DNA of 64,000 nt from Octopus sinensis (Eukaryota). Location: the NCBI RefSeq assembly GCF_006345805.1, contig NC_042999.1, forward strand, positions 113,522,001 to 113,586,000. The letters are read 5' to 3'. The notes beneath the pieces are model-generated. The model saw nothing but the letters and a program-made list of their open reading frames with translations, was not told where the DNA came from and made no database searches. Within the stretch, counting starts at the first letter, position 1, and each line of letters starts with the position of its first letter. Below are positions 25,530 through 38,299 of this stretch, one piece after another. The translations under genes were made by a program, and so were the position numbers.

Positions 25530-28500
25530 TATATATATATATATATACGTGTGTATGTGTATTATATATGTATATTATATTATCATCATCATTGTTTAAC
25601 ATCCGCTTTCCATGCTGGCATGGGTTGAACGGTTTGACTGATGACTGGCAAGCCAGATGGCTGCACTAGGTTCCAATCTGATTTGCCAGAGTTTCTACAG
25701 CTGGACGCCCTTCCTAACACCAACCACTGAGAGTGTAGTGGGTGCTTTTATTGGCATGACGGCCAGTCAGGTGGTACTGGCAATGGCCACGCTCAAATGG
25801 TGTTTTTTACATGGTACCTGCACAAGAGCCAGTCCAGCGGCACTGGCAACAATGATCATGCTCGGATGATGCTCTTAACGTTCCACTAGCACAGATGCCA
25901 GTTAGGCGGGGCTATCATTGGCTACATCAGCAAATTTGATTTTGAACTGACTTATATATATATATGGGTCAAACAGTTTGATTCAAATTCTTTGGTACTT
26001 TAAGTTCAAGTGTGATGCTAGTCTTCAGCAATTGGAATTAGAATTCTAATGGCTGAAGGCTAGCATTATTCTTGAGACTTGAAATACCAAAGAATTTGCA
26101 TCAATCTGTTTGACCCATACATGTAATTCCCAATGAATATGTTGAGTGCCCTTCTTTTGTTTGTTTGCTCGTGTGTGTATGTATATACACATACATAGAC
26201 ACACACATACAAAGTAAAGGGATGAAGAGAATTGATTTGACAATTTAGTTTCTCTAGTATTATTGTTTAACCCTTTAGCAGTCACATTAGTCTGTCAAAT
26301 GTAATGCTTATTTATTCACATTGTTTCAAATTAATTGCGTATTATCTTGTAGCCTTGAGATTTTGATGAGGTGGTTGTTATTTTTAGAGATTGGTGTGAG
26401 AGGCCAAACGTGACCAGTTTGAACATAAAACAGGTAGACTATTTTGGCTGGATATGTCCAGTTTAATTGCTAATGGGTTAATGCCAGTTAAACCCTGGTT
26501 AAGCAGACCTATAATCCAAAGTGCTCCAGCCACAGTCATCTCATCTTTCTGTGTATCTAGGACATACATTTTCTAATTTGTCCTTCCTTTTTAAAGAAAG
26601 TGGGTTATGATTTGAGTGAGATTTTTACTTCCATTTCTTACTGATTGAGGCCCCCTTGTTGACTTGATATATCAGATGCAATGGTAATTCAGGATGAAGA
26701 TTAGGCTTAGGGACTAACGACAGAGTTACAATTTTGAAATCTTTCTTTATCCAGTATGCTGTGTTCCAGACAAGGTTATTACTCTATATTGGAGCAGCCT
26801 AGATAAAAACAGATGCATTCCAAGAAATGAAAGTTGCACTCATGTATCTGTGGGGCTATTAATACTGAACACTTTAAAGAAAAAGCTCTAGTTTTGAAAT
26901 AAGCAACTAATATATTTAAATGTTCTTATCATTACCTGTAGTTTTCTAATGCCATATTAACATTATATATATTCCAGCATTATTTTGTCATTGACATCTA
27001 ATACTACCTTTGTCACTAGTTTGTTGCAAAATAGGGAAAAATTCTGGTTATAAATGTATTCTTACTCTCTCTCTCTCTCTTTCTCTCTTCTTTTCTCTTG
27101 TCAGATAATAAAAAAGATCAATCTCATAAAATGAAGAATCTTTTGGAAATTTTGTCTGATCCTTCAAAACGGTATGATTTTTACTTCTTTGTAATTTTCT
27201 TCTCAGAAGACTCTTGTGGAAAATAGTTTTTACATTACTATTGTTTGTTATTGCAGTCTTCCAATGACCACCTTGTTGAAATGTGAACAGGTCTTACTGA
27301 AAATGGAACTATCAAAGCCAGTAAGTGTGCAAGTTCTGAAATGAAATTGCTTGTAATTCTATTTGTTCTTATCTTCAAAGAAAAGTTCACTCACCCTCTG
27401 TTTATAAGATGTACCTTGTTTTTGTACATCATTAACATTTGGTGACTGTATTCTGGATTTGATTTACTTCACTTTCATTGTAACATGTTGAAGCTAGATT
27501 AAATCATCTGCAATACATTCTCTTAAATTGGTTAAAATAATCCGTTTGTTGTTATCAGCACTTTTCTAGTAAAGTAATCTTTTTATTTTTCCTCCAAATA
27601 TAAAATTACACAGACTGTTGTAGTAATGGTAAAAGACAGAGGAAGCAAGATGTTTGTGAATTAGAATTGTGTTATAGAAAAACACTTCATAATAATCTGA
27701 AATTATTGATTATTATCACTCCTACTATGTAAGATTTATAAACAGCTGTCATTACAGTGCCTTGCAGTGTCTCTTCTGACTGTCTGCACTCTGACTTAAG
27801 ATCTTACCAAAGTCAACTTTGAATTTCATCTGTTCAGAATTGATAAGCTCTCTAGGTTGATAATGTCTAACAAACTGGGTGTTTTGTAAAAATCATCCGA
27901 AGAAGCAATGAGAAACCACTCTTGTATACTCTCAAGCACAAAAAACTTGTCAAGGAAGTCACCCAGGGTTATTTATCAGTCTAATGGTATGTCTATATAG
28001 GGTTTATGTCTTAAAAATATTCACTTAAATCTTAATTTTAGTTGATAAACTCTTTGAAATTATGAAATGTGTTGTCATTAAAGAAATAAATTTGCAATCT
28101 CGGTGTCTAAATATGCTTTCATACAATTGGATTTGTTAAAATGTTTTCTTTTTATCATTACACAATCTGTGATTCCTCTAATTTGCTATTCAAAAAGAAA
28201 TGTCTCTCAATTGAGATGTTCTTCCTAAAATTTACTCACTGTTATACCTGTAAGTGTAAAAGTTGAATGAATTGTTAGTTTTTTTCCATCCCTGCTGATT
28301 TTTAACACTTTTTTTCATTTTTTTTTTTTTTTCTTTTTAGCCTTCCTCCAGTGATGGCAGTGGGTCTAGCTCCAAGAATGGAGAACAACATATGTGTCAA
28401 CCCTTACTAGATTCTATTGCTGCCCACATGAAGTCTCCAATGCTAAACCACACACTTCATCGTACTTTTGGACCTGCTGTTGCAGCACTCCGTGGCCAGC

Positions 28501-31500
28501 CTATTCGGTAAGAGATAGTTTTTTGAGTTTTTCTTTTACTCCATGTTCCTCAAACACACCTTCTGCTCTTTTGAACATGCAGGATCCATGCCATCACTAC
28601 CCAGACTCACTGCACTTATCTGTCTTCATTATCATCATCAGTATTATGTCTCATTCTCCAGAACTTGCACTCAATACTTTTCTCATTCCTTCTTCCCCAG
28701 AGTGGCATTTCTCTAGAATTTTCTTTTCCTCTCTAGTTTCCCTATCAGTACTATCCTTGGGCACCTACAAAGATCATGGGAGACCTCCATACTTATATAA
28801 CTAATCTTTTTTTTATAAATACAAGTCCTGGTTACTTCGTTGTAAAGCATACAACATGCCCAATTTGCCACATTGCACCTCATTACACACTTTATGCAAA
28901 CAATCACTGCACAGTAGGGAACACAATGTGGTTCCAGACCTACATAGGAGTACATCAGATATCCCAACATCTACAAATCACAACCCAATATTGATCCAGT
29001 ATTATAGGTTTGCACTGCCAGAATTGACTTGTGACATAACTCCCTCAGCAAAAGGGAACTAGTAATTATTTCTATATCACTATTCTGTGAAGTCCTGAAA
29101 TCCTTTAAAGCATCAGAATGGAACCAAAGATTTAGATCATTGTAGTCTGACACTAGTCATATTTGACTGAGCAGACATAACTTCTATGTTATTGTAGGAA
29201 TTTGTGCATCTATGAGATAGGGAGAAAACTGTTTTGTTATTTTGCTCTGACTACTTTCAATGCAGGAGTTGGAGAAGCTGAGTATATTGATTTTTCACAT
29301 ATGAACAAGACCTCAAAACTGGAAGAAAGGAACAAGTGTTCATATCAGTCACAGTATTTGGCTGGTACCTTAATTATTAACTCCAGAAGTCTAAGAGGCA
29401 AAGTTGATCACTTTGGAATTTCAACTGAAACTTAAGGAACTGGAACACAGTACCACCAGGCATTTTGCCTAATACTCTAATGATTAAATATATTGTGATG
29501 GAAAATCATTTGTTTTGTTATCATTTTAGGGTTCCTAGTCCACCTCCTACTAAGAAACCAAAAGTTTCCAATGAGAAAGATAAATTGACTAATATACTAC
29601 AAGGTGAAATTGCTCGATTGCCACACCGGTTCCGTATTAACCTAGACCCTGCACATCATGTTAGCTCAAAGACTGTCCATCTTATCTGTAAATTAGGTAA
29701 GAATTTCTTTTTTCTCTTTATTATTATTTTCATTGTCGTTATGTGATTACTTGTTTGGTCAGTTGATTAGTTAGTAAATAAACACAAAAGCTTGACCTAG
29801 TATGACAATAAATGTTGTATGTATTTAGAAGTGTATGTATGTCTGTCTCTGTTTGAATTAGATGGAAGAGACATTTAAAAAATGTTGAGTATTCTACAGT
29901 AGGTTGAAGACATTTTTATTTGATTGTTAGTTCAAGAAGATTCCAACTTTAAATGAATTATAATTTTTCTGTGCTCAAATGATCTTTCACACTACTTTGC
30001 TTTACTGCATTGGTGATAATGATTTATTGTGAGTTGAAGTTTGAAAGGTGTTTTCTAGTAGTTTGTGTGGCAACATCATTGTTTCCTTATTCTGGCTGAA
30101 TGTTATATTTATGAGTGCAATTGTTAACTTATTTATTTATAATGAAGTGTTAGCATTCAGCAGTGTGTAGGCATGAGTAGAATTAGTTAAGTTGAAATAT
30201 GGTTATCATATATTTCAACTGCTAAAAGGCACTGTGGAGAATATATCTCTCTTATGGTGAACTGGTGTGAAAACACCCAGTTTGTTTGTCGCCATCTATT
30301 AGGAATCTCAGACACTGATGTTTCAAGCTTCTTGGCTCTTGTCAATGAGATGTACCAAAGAGAGGCAACTCTGAATAAACTTATAAAGCCATAGCTTTAT
30401 GTATAATTCAGTCAACCTGATGACTGATTTGCACTTGTAGATTGCCTAATCAAGGGAAAATAACGAAGTGTTTGCACTAAGCAGTGTTTAGGCATGAGCA
30501 AAATTAGGTAAGTTGAAATATGTTTGTTATATTTCAACTTCTAAAAGGCAAATACACTGCCAAGAAACATCGATGTCTGAGATTCCTAATAGATGGCAAC
30601 ACTGAATGAACCAGGCGTTTTCATACCTTTTTACTATAAGAGAGACATATTCTCCATAGTAACTGCAGTATATTTGCCTTTCAACTTACCTAATTTTGCT
30701 CATACCTAAACACTGCTTAGCGCTAACACTTTATTTTTCCTTGGCCAGGTGATCTACAGATGATGAAAGGTTAAAGTGTGACAGAGAGGCAGAAATTGGT
30801 GTCTTACTGTAGAGGAGGGCCAGAGAGTGAGAGTTACTTATCTTAAATTTTAAATACTTAAGTCAACTTACCTTTTACTCATACTGGGTCAATATAATAA
30901 CTAGTCTTGTAATTTTTTCAATCTCTTAAAACAATTTGACCTTATGCCAATATAAGATTGTTATTTTTTCTTCAGTGGTTTCATGCAACACTACAGCACC
31001 TCTGTGCTCTCGAGGTGTGTGCAACATTGTGTTCTTTATTTTGTAGGGATTGGGAGAGTATAGACTCCTCCTGTTGTGTACTTCCTCATTTTGTTTTGTT
31101 ATAGAGTTCACTTTCTTGCTATATTAGTGTCTGTTCTGATGTATGTGATGTGTGTAATATGACTCATTATTATTATTATTATTATTGAGTGAGGGAGCAG
31201 TGCATGCCATCAAAGTGACGCTGGGGTAAAATATACGAAGCCCAGTGTACCCATCATGACTATCCGTCTGATAAGAGTACATGCATCACAACCATATGTG
31301 CACGACATGGTGATCTCATATCAAGATAAACAGCACATGACCTTGCAGGTGGGGTCCAGTTAGAATTTTCTTCTGATCGTGTAACCCATCCCACTCAAAA
31401 GGTCCCTGAATAAGAGTTGTTTAAGATTGTTGAATGAAACACCCATGTTTCCAGGGGTGAATTATTCAAACCCCAAGAATCCCTCTCAACACATGGCTAT

Positions 31501-34500
31501 GATGCTCCCCCACTACTTCTGCTCGTGATCAGAGATGCACATATCGTCAGCCACTAAGGGGCATAGTCAACTGGTAAAGATCAAACAACCGACAAGCAAA
31601 TCTGTGGTATTGAGCAGAATATTTGCTGTAGCCCATCATTTATACCAAGACAAAACAATGTACATGATAACACTTCCAACCAGTTAAGATGAGAAGCCAC
31701 GAGAGCCACTGCCTGGTACTGCATATTATTATTATTATTATAAGGCAGCAAGCTGGCAGAATTGTTAGTGCAATGGATGAAATGCTTAGTAGTATTTTGC
31801 CTGTCACAATGTTCTGAATTCAAATTCCACCAAGGTCGACTTTGCCTTTCATCCTTTTGGGGTTGATAAAATAAGTACCAGTTGAACACTGGGGTTGATG
31901 TAATCGACTCATCTTCTCCAAAAATTGCTGCCCTTGTGGCAAAATTTGAAAATGATATTCTTATTAAGGTGTCCAGCTGGCAGAGTCATTAGCACACTGG
32001 ACGAAATGCTTAGTGGTATTTCACCAGCTGCTACATTCTGAGTTCAAATTTTGCCAATATTGAATTTGTCTTTCATCAATTAAGTGCTAGTGAAACAGTG
32101 GGGTTGATGTAATTGTCTAGTCCCCTCCCAAAAAAATTTGAGGACTTTTGCCTCCACTAGAAAGAATTATTATTATTTGAATGGGATATATAACAAAATC
32201 ACTTGTTCTTTAACTTTCTAATGATGTTGAAGCATTATTTTCTGTATAATCTGTAACATTTTAATTATATATTTTTTTTACTTTATAAATCTTCCCACAT
32301 TCTAGATGATAAGAACCTACCTAGTGTGCCTCCTATCTTGATTGTGGTACCTGAGGATTATCCTTCAACCAGTCCGCAGTGTGACAGCAATGCCGAAGAT
32401 TATAGTCAGTATCTTATTTATTGATATCTTCATTTAAACTTATGTAAACCTCTGAGAAATTACTTAACTCTAACTTTGTACTAGTGTTGAAATACTTATT
32501 AATCGTTTTGAGGTAGTTTCAGAAATAAGAGTATTGTTGGAGCTGATACAGGCTGGTAACAATTGTAAGCCCTACAGTTTCGTGATTTAAATATTATCCA
32601 GATGAATTTAATCTTTAGCTCTCAGAGACCCTTAAAAGATTGATTACAACCAGGTTGTGTGGTTCAATGGAAGGTTAAGGTGATGACTGAATCTTTGATG
32701 TAACAGTTGGATGGTTCAAGTGTTGACTGAACCTTTGGTGTAACAGTTGGATGGTTCAAGATTTCAAGTTTCAATCCTACCAGAACTGATTATAGACCAG
32801 CATCCTATCCAAGAAATATCTGTTTCTCTACAGGAAATGGGGATAAGTTTCATTGCAATAAAGTCAAGCTGGAGTAGAAGTGGAACAAATCATTTATATA
32901 TATATATAGACAGACAGACAATGCTGGTGACATAATTTGCTTTAAAAATAGAGAAAATCTAGTTATGATAGACTCACTGACAACTAGCCAAGCTGCATGA
33001 GTGCATTATGAGGTTAAACTGAGATAACATAATACTTTATAAGGATATTTGTGAAACTGAAGGCATATCCATGAAATTGTTTTGCTATATTCTACAAACA
33101 TTGACACAAGCATGGCTGTATTATAAGAGGCTTGCATCCCAAGCCTATGATTCTGGATTCAGTCCCACTGCATGGCACCTTGAGCAAGTGTCTTCTACCA
33201 TAACCCTGGGACAACCAAAGCCTTGTGAGTGGATTTGGTTGATGGAAAATGAAAGAAGCCTGTCATATATATGTGCGTGGTGTGTGTTTGTCTCCCACCA
33301 TCATTTAACAATTGGTATTGGCAAATTTGCATCCTCGTAATATATATATACATATAACTTAGCAGTTTAGCAAAAGTGACTAATAGAATAAGCACCAGGC
33401 TAAAAAAGGACAAATAGGTATTGGGATCAATCCATTCAACTAGAAATTCTTCAAGGCGATGTCCCATTATGGCAGCAGTCTATTGACTGAAACAAGTAAA
33501 ACGATAAGGTAAAGATATCTAGCCTTTGTTTTAATATGAGAAAAAGGGTCTGTTTCTATTTGTCTGATTTTGTTTAATTAGAACCCTTATGTAATTCAAC
33601 TATTGTATTTTATTTCAAATCCACTTAATTCTGTTTAATCTGTAGTAAGAGGTACATTAAGAGTTAGGCTTACTACTTCAGAAAATATATTTAGCTGTGT
33701 GCATGTAAGGTTTGAAATGTATAAATGCATGTTTTACATAAAGGTATCAATAAATGTCAGAAGGTAACGTTTTTGGTTAACAAACAATTTATTTCTTGAT
33801 CGCACATGAAGTAGTAGGCACAACAGAGATAAGCGTTCAAGACAATAGGGTATAAAAGACATGAATTAATTCCTTAATATATATCAAAGTGGCTAGCTCC
33901 AGTGCTTGGCTACAAATCTAAAACATCCAATGAATTTTGTAGTGATAATGAGGTGAGGTAGAAATCCCACAGCGTGTCACGCTAGACAAACCACAAGCTT
34001 GTCGACAGTTTAGTGTCTACATCTGAATTAGATAAAGCAAAGCAGCGACGAAAGGGAATCAAGTGTTAACGTTCTGACATTTAGACAACGACTGAATAAA
34101 TGCTCTTGAAAAGCATGTGTTGTTACACTGGGCGGAAGTCATGTGTATTCCTCTGCCACTAGCTTTTAACAGGCAGAGGAAAGCAGCATCAGTGTGCTGC
34201 TACACTGGGGGTGAAGTAATTCAACTGCCCTGCTACAGATCCATTGTAGTTGTATACTTCTCACTGTATCATGGTACAAGGTAAACTCTACTTCAGCTAA
34301 CCTTTGTGTTTTTTTGTAGCTAACTGCATTACATTGCCTTTCATAGCTTCTATATATTACTAGAACAGACAACATTACACAGCCTGCTATAGACAAAGTG
34401 CATTACTTGTCCTAGTTTGCCAAACTGAAAATAGGTACCATTCTCATTAGTTAATGTTAGATCTCAGTCAGCCCTTGATATAACATTGTGCAGTGTGTCA

Positions 34501-36362
34501 ATTTCAAGATAGTAGATGTGATTTAAGTGAGATTTAGCTGCTATTTCTAGCAGGTTCAGTGACCATGTAGAGGTTGTCTTAGTTGAGATAACCATTCAGC
34601 TGTAAAACACCTGATCAAACAATATGAGTGCATGTATTTAATTAACTTTTATTGAATTGCTAATTAAGATGTAACATTAGTGCTGGTGCCATGTAAAGAA
34701 AAAAAAATGTACTCTCTGCAAAGTGGTTGGCATTAGGAAGAGCATCCAGCTGTAGAAACCACTCCAAAGCTCAATCCAATGGTGCCGGTATGGAAGGGGG
34801 ACATTAAACGGTGATGATGATGATTGACAGATAAACTATTAGACATTACTATGCTTGTACTAATAAGCATAAAATTTTCTTAAGAATTCATAGACACCGA
34901 CTTGTTTGTGTGACATGGAAATTTGCTCTGAACTACATGTTTGAGGTTTGTTCCTATTGTGTGTCAACTGGCTTGTGACTTCTGCTTTAGCCATGGTCTG
35001 ACCAATGCCTCTTAAGCAAACTGTTAGATGTAAAAAACAAGAAGCTTGTTATTCATGTTGGTGTGTGTTTTCCCTTTGCCTTGATATTTGTGTTGATTGT
35101 AATCAAAATCATTGTCCATTGTTATTTGTCTACAATCTTCTGCAAAATCTCAAGCCATTGAGTTGTTCATTATTTAAAGGTCTAGGAGAAATATTACTTT
35201 GCTTGGAAACAGGTGAAGGTTAGCTACAAAAGATACATCTGGCCATTGACTGGCAGTGATGGTTGTTGTTGTTGCTGTTAAGCATCCTGGTGCAGTCCCT
35301 TATTACAACTTCTTATCTATTAAAATCATTTTGCACGTAAATTATTCAATCAGTTGTGTAACAGTTTTTTGATAGGCATAAGTTACAGAAAATTGATGCT
35401 GCATCCAAAATTCAGCTCTTGCTTTAAGCGAATGAAGAAATTTCTGTGTAGTTGTTCAACCTGTAGAAAAAGCAACTAAATCTTAAAAACTTAGAAAAAG
35501 AGTATTCATTAGATAATGGTGATCCTAAGTTCACTGTGTCAAACAAAAAGATTTAAACACATCATTAGAATGTCTTTGATTGTTGAACTGCTGCTCATTC
35601 AGGGCTCCCTTGGTGCTAAGCATCATTATCATCGTTTAGCGTCTGTTTTCCATGCTAGCATGGGTTGGACGGTTCAACCAGGGTCTAAGAAGCCAGGAGG
35701 CTGCACCAGGCTCCAGTCTGATCTGGCAGTGTTTCTACAGCTGGGTGCCCTTCCTAACGCCAACCACTCCGTGAGTGTAGTGGGTGCTTTTTACGTGCCA
35801 CCGGCACAGGGACCACAGAGGACTGACAAACAGCCACGATCGGTTGGTGCATTTACGTGTCACCGGCACGGGTATCTTAACTACAATTTCCATTTGATTT
35901 TAATTATTCTTGTTACAATCATGAAAGCATTTTTGTTGTGAACACAAGTTGTCATTTGAATTTTTAATTTTCTAGCTGCTACTCCCTTTCTACAAGGTGT
36001 ACAGAATGCACTTCAATCAAGTTTACAGAAAATGCCTGATCACTTCTCAGTAACAACTCTATTAGATACTTGGGTATGTTGTCAATTCTTTTCCTCCCAT
36101 TGCTTTAAGATATTTTCATGTAGTGGTGAAATCAGTTTATCCTGTATACATTGGTTTAATCTGTAGTTGATACGATTTTCACAAAAGTGCTTTACCAAGT
36201 AATAGTCTTAGGCAAAATATTGTTTTATATCCAAATTTGCTGAGGTTTATGTGTAATATGTCTTTTCTTTTAATTTGTCATTCGGTTTTCCATTTTTTAA
36301 AGGTTTCCTTTCTAATTTTGCAGGAAATGAGTGTCCGAAGAATGTGTGCACCAACTTCATAA
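19647..36362 (+). CDS. MED15: Mediator subunit 15, 5'-partial; 13 coding exons joined
   Basis: Exons 19647-19750, 20641-20823, 22728-22814, 23422-23492, 24625-24752, 24852-24980, 27105-27171, 27257-27320, 28341-28507, 29530-29696, 32306-32404, 35976-36073, 36324-36362. All introns are GT-AG and the phases are consistent (1403 nt). Motifs YLEKLKQLSKYIDPLRRMI, MCQPLLD, LQGEIARL..F..NLDP, VHLICKLDDKNLPSVPP, VPEDYP and SVTTLLDTW match the MED15 C-terminus as I recall it. Confidence 0.93.
20641..20823 (+). CDS. MED15: MED15 exon (Q/P-rich: RHDAFMVSQAPPQAQQQ...SGPN)
   Basis: tctttcacag acceptor, gtaatt donor; 61 codons. Confidence 0.8.
22728..22814 (+). CDS. MED15: MED15 exon (QLPFQGGNPPSVPRSMVQSPYMSPQQYGQ)
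   Basis: Long polypyrimidine tract plus ag; gtaagt donor; 29 codons. Confidence 0.8.
23422..23492 (+). CDS. MED15: MED15 exon (SPSQVQPASNVSQLNTAHSPATQ)
   Basis: cttttgcag acceptor, gtttga donor; phase 0 to 2. Confidence 0.78.
24625..24752 (+). CDS. MED15: MED15 exon (SHMVHSPANLAAPSP...GSALNTP)
   Basis: tttctag acceptor, gtgagg donor; phase 2 to 1. Confidence 0.88.
24852..24980 (+). CDS. MED15: MED15 exon (NPGSVG...YLEKLKQLSKYIDPLRRMIRKTETEE)
   Basis: Conserved MED15 helix; follows a 99-nt intron; gtaaat donor. Confidence 0.93.
25582..25900 (-). mobile_element. RTE 3'-end copy
   Basis: (CAT)n tail plus ccgctttccatgctggcatgggtt...ctggacgcccttcctaac, homologous to 14521-14694. Confidence 0.75.
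27105..27171 (+). CDS. MED15: MED15 exon (NKKDQSHKMKNLLEILSDPSKR)
   Basis: (CT)-rich acceptor, gtatga donor; KMKxLLxILxDPSKR motif. Confidence 0.92.
27257..27320 (+). CDS. MED15: MED15 exon (LPMTTLLKCEQVLLKMELSKP)
   Basis: ttgcag acceptor, gtaagt donor; PxxTLxKCE motif. Confidence 0.92.
28341..28507 (+). CDS. MED15: MED15 exon (PSSSDG...MCQPLLDSIAAHMKSPMLNHTLHRTFGPAV...)
   Basis: Poly-T acceptor, gtaaga donor; CQPLLD and NHxLxRTFxPA motifs. Confidence 0.94.
29530..29696 (+). CDS. MED15: MED15 exon (VPSPPPTKKPK...LQGEIARL...VHLICKL)
   Basis: ttttag acceptor, gtaaga donor; LQGExARL and VHLICKL motifs. Confidence 0.95.
30145..30731. mobile_element. MITE (30466-30731, ~53-bp TIR) preceded by an inverted partial copy (30145-~30335)
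   Basis: aagtgtttgcactaagcagtgtttaggcatgagcaaaattaggtaagttgaaa and its reverse complement. Confidence 0.7.
31170..31725 (-). mobile_element. Unclassified retroposon-like repeat with (AAT)n tail
   Basis: More GC-rich block beginning right after (TTA)n; no ORF; class not resolved. Confidence 0.35.
31743..32165 (+). mobile_element. Two tandem SINE family B copies
   Basis: aaggcagcaagctggcagaat... at 31743 and a second head at ~31965. Confidence 0.75.
32306..32404 (+). CDS. MED15: MED15 exon (DDKNLPSVPPILIVVPEDYPSTSP...DY)
   Basis: ttctag acceptor, gtcagt donor; DDKxLPSVPP and VPxDYP motifs. Confidence 0.95.
33105..33500 (+). mobile_element. SINE family A, near full length
   Basis: tRNA-like head, ccttgagcaagtgtcttcta body, tail gcagtctattgactgaaacaagtaaaa. 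Confidence 0.75.
34725..34825 (+). mobile_element. RTE terminal fragment
   Basis: gtggttggcattaggaagagcatccagctgtagaaa...ggacattaaacggtgatgatgatga. Confidence 0.6.
35621..35900 (-). mobile_element. RTE 3'-end copy
   Basis: catcattatcatcgtttagcgtctgttttccatgctagcatgggttggacgg. Confidence 0.8.
35976..36073 (+). CDS. MED15: MED15 exon (ATPFLQGV...FSVTTLLDTW)
   Basis: tttctag acceptor, gtatgt donor; PFLQ and SVTxLLxTW motifs. Confidence 0.94.
36324..36362 (+). CDS. MED15: MED15 terminal coding exon (EMSVRRMCAPTS*)
   Basis: ttttgcag acceptor; TAA at 36360-36362. Confidence 0.9.
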   Translation, partial: EMSVRRMCAPTS

Positions 36363-36481
36363 ATCAACCTAATTCCTGTAAGGAATTTGGGATCCTGAAA
36401 CACTACTCCCTATTTTTGCCCATCCAACTGTATTTAAAGTATCAATTTTGACATTGTAAATATTTCTTATGATACAATTGA

Positions 36482-36487
36482 AATAAA
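36482..36487 (+). terminator. Candidate MED15 polyadenylation signal AATAAA
   Basis: First AATAAA about 120 nt after the stop codon; lies in an A-rich patch. Confidence 0.5.
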
Positions 36488-37189
36488 AAAAGAAACAAAA
36501 AACCAAGTTGAAAATTGTTGTTCAGAATCCTCAAGCTTTTCTGATTAGCACAATAAACTTTTGATATTTTAAATGGTCTTTGACTCATTGTAGTCATCAG
36601 CATTTTTTACATCTGCTTTCCATGAATGCATGGGTTGGATGGGTCACATATCATGAGTTGGTTCTTATTTGGAGAAATTACTCTCTTAGATGGATCAGAG
36701 GATCACTTGTGCATTCTATTTTTGGCATGGTTTCTCTTGCTAAATGCACTTACTTACACCAACCATAAAACAAACTGTATTGGGTACATCGTATTGTGAC
36801 ACCAACACCAGAGAAGTTGTCATGTCCTTGACCAGACTAAATGGTCATCTCAACTCTACATTATCTCTTATTTACCTCCTACTTCACAGAAAGTAGTGGA
36901 TATATTTTACCATTAATTAGGTTGCTGTGTGCCCCACATGGCAAAGAATCCTTCTACACTGTGGTGCTTCTGTTTATTGGTGATTCCTATAGTTACAGTG
37001 TTTTAGAATGATGGTATATTGTTCCATCCATTCATCTTCTCTAGTATTCCTGGAAGGGTCTTGTTGTAGAATCTTCAGACACCTCCATCGGATCCTATCG
37101 GAAGCAGCTGTCACTTATAGACTTTCTGACTGGATTCATACGTGTGACCTCCTGAACCTATAGATATTATTCAATCATTTCATTCTTGG

Positions 37190-37551
37190 ACCGTCTGTTG
37201 AGGCAAGTGAGAATCAAAATCGATCAACATCAATGGAAATTGTAGCTGTGATACCAGCGCCAGGGGCACGTAAAAAGCACCATCCGACCATGGCCATTGC
37301 CAGCCTCGCCTGGCCTCCATGCCGGTGGCATGTAAAAAGCACCATCCGATCGTGGCCGTTTGCCAACCTCGTCTGGCACCTGTGTCGGTGGCATGTAAAA
37401 AGCACTCACAGAGTGATTGGCGTTAGGAAGGGCATCCAGCCATAGAAACATTGCCAGATCAGACTGGGCCTGGTGCAGCCTTCTGGCTTCCCAGACCCCA
37501 GATGAACCGTCCAACCCATGCTAGCATGGAAAGCAGACGCTAAACGATGAT
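37190..37551 (+). mobile_element. RTE 3'-end copy carrying a single 3' UTR unit
   Basis: ctgttgaggcaagtgagaatcaaaat...ccatgctagcatggaaagcagacgctaaacgatga. Confidence 0.8.
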
Positions 37552-37619
37552 ATTTTGGATTACATCATAGTTTTACAATATTTGATGCGAAAATCCATTC
37601 CCAATGAGTATCTTTTATC

Positions 37620-37955
37620 TTTTACTTGTTTCAGTCATTTGACTGCCACCATGCTGGGACTCCACCTTGAAGAGTTTCAGTCAAACAAATCAACCCCAGG
37701 GCTTATTTTTTAAGCCTAGTACTTATTCTATTGGTCTGCTTTGCTGAACCACCAAGTTACAGAGACATAAAAATACCAACACCAGTTGTCAAGCAGTGGT
37801 GGGGGACAAACACAAAGACACATACAATACAGACTTCTTTCAATTCCATCTACCAAATCCACTCACAAGGCTTTGATCAGCTCAAGGCCAAGATGCCATG
37901 CAGTTGGAGTGAACCTGGAACTATGTGGTTTGGGAAGCAAGCTTCTCACCACTCA
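37620..37955 (-). mobile_element. SINE family A copy
   Basis: ttttacttgtttcagtcatttgactg tail; body matches 17452. Confidence 0.78.
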
Positions 37956-38299
37956 GCTATACCACCACCTACATGTGCAGGATTTTCAAATGAGGTGCAC
38001 ATGTGTAAAATTTTAGATCCAATGTGTATGCGCAATTATTTAAACAATGCATATAAGTAAACATGTAATTTGTTTGATAAAACCCTTTACGCTGGTACCC
38101 CAGTGTGGCCGCAGTCAAATGACTAAAACAAGTGAAAGATTGGGAATGAATTTTCACATCAAATATTGTAAAACTACCATGTTATGTGAAATATATTTGT
38201 ATAATTATTTTGAAAGGTCCAAGAACATAGCTTTAGATGGTCACATTTAGGAATCTAGCCAGAAAGTTGAATGACAACTGCTTCTGACAGGATTCTATG

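Noticed and set aside
32685-32760. 40-bp-period tandem duplication
   Set aside because: Real but an ordinary local slippage event with no functional hint
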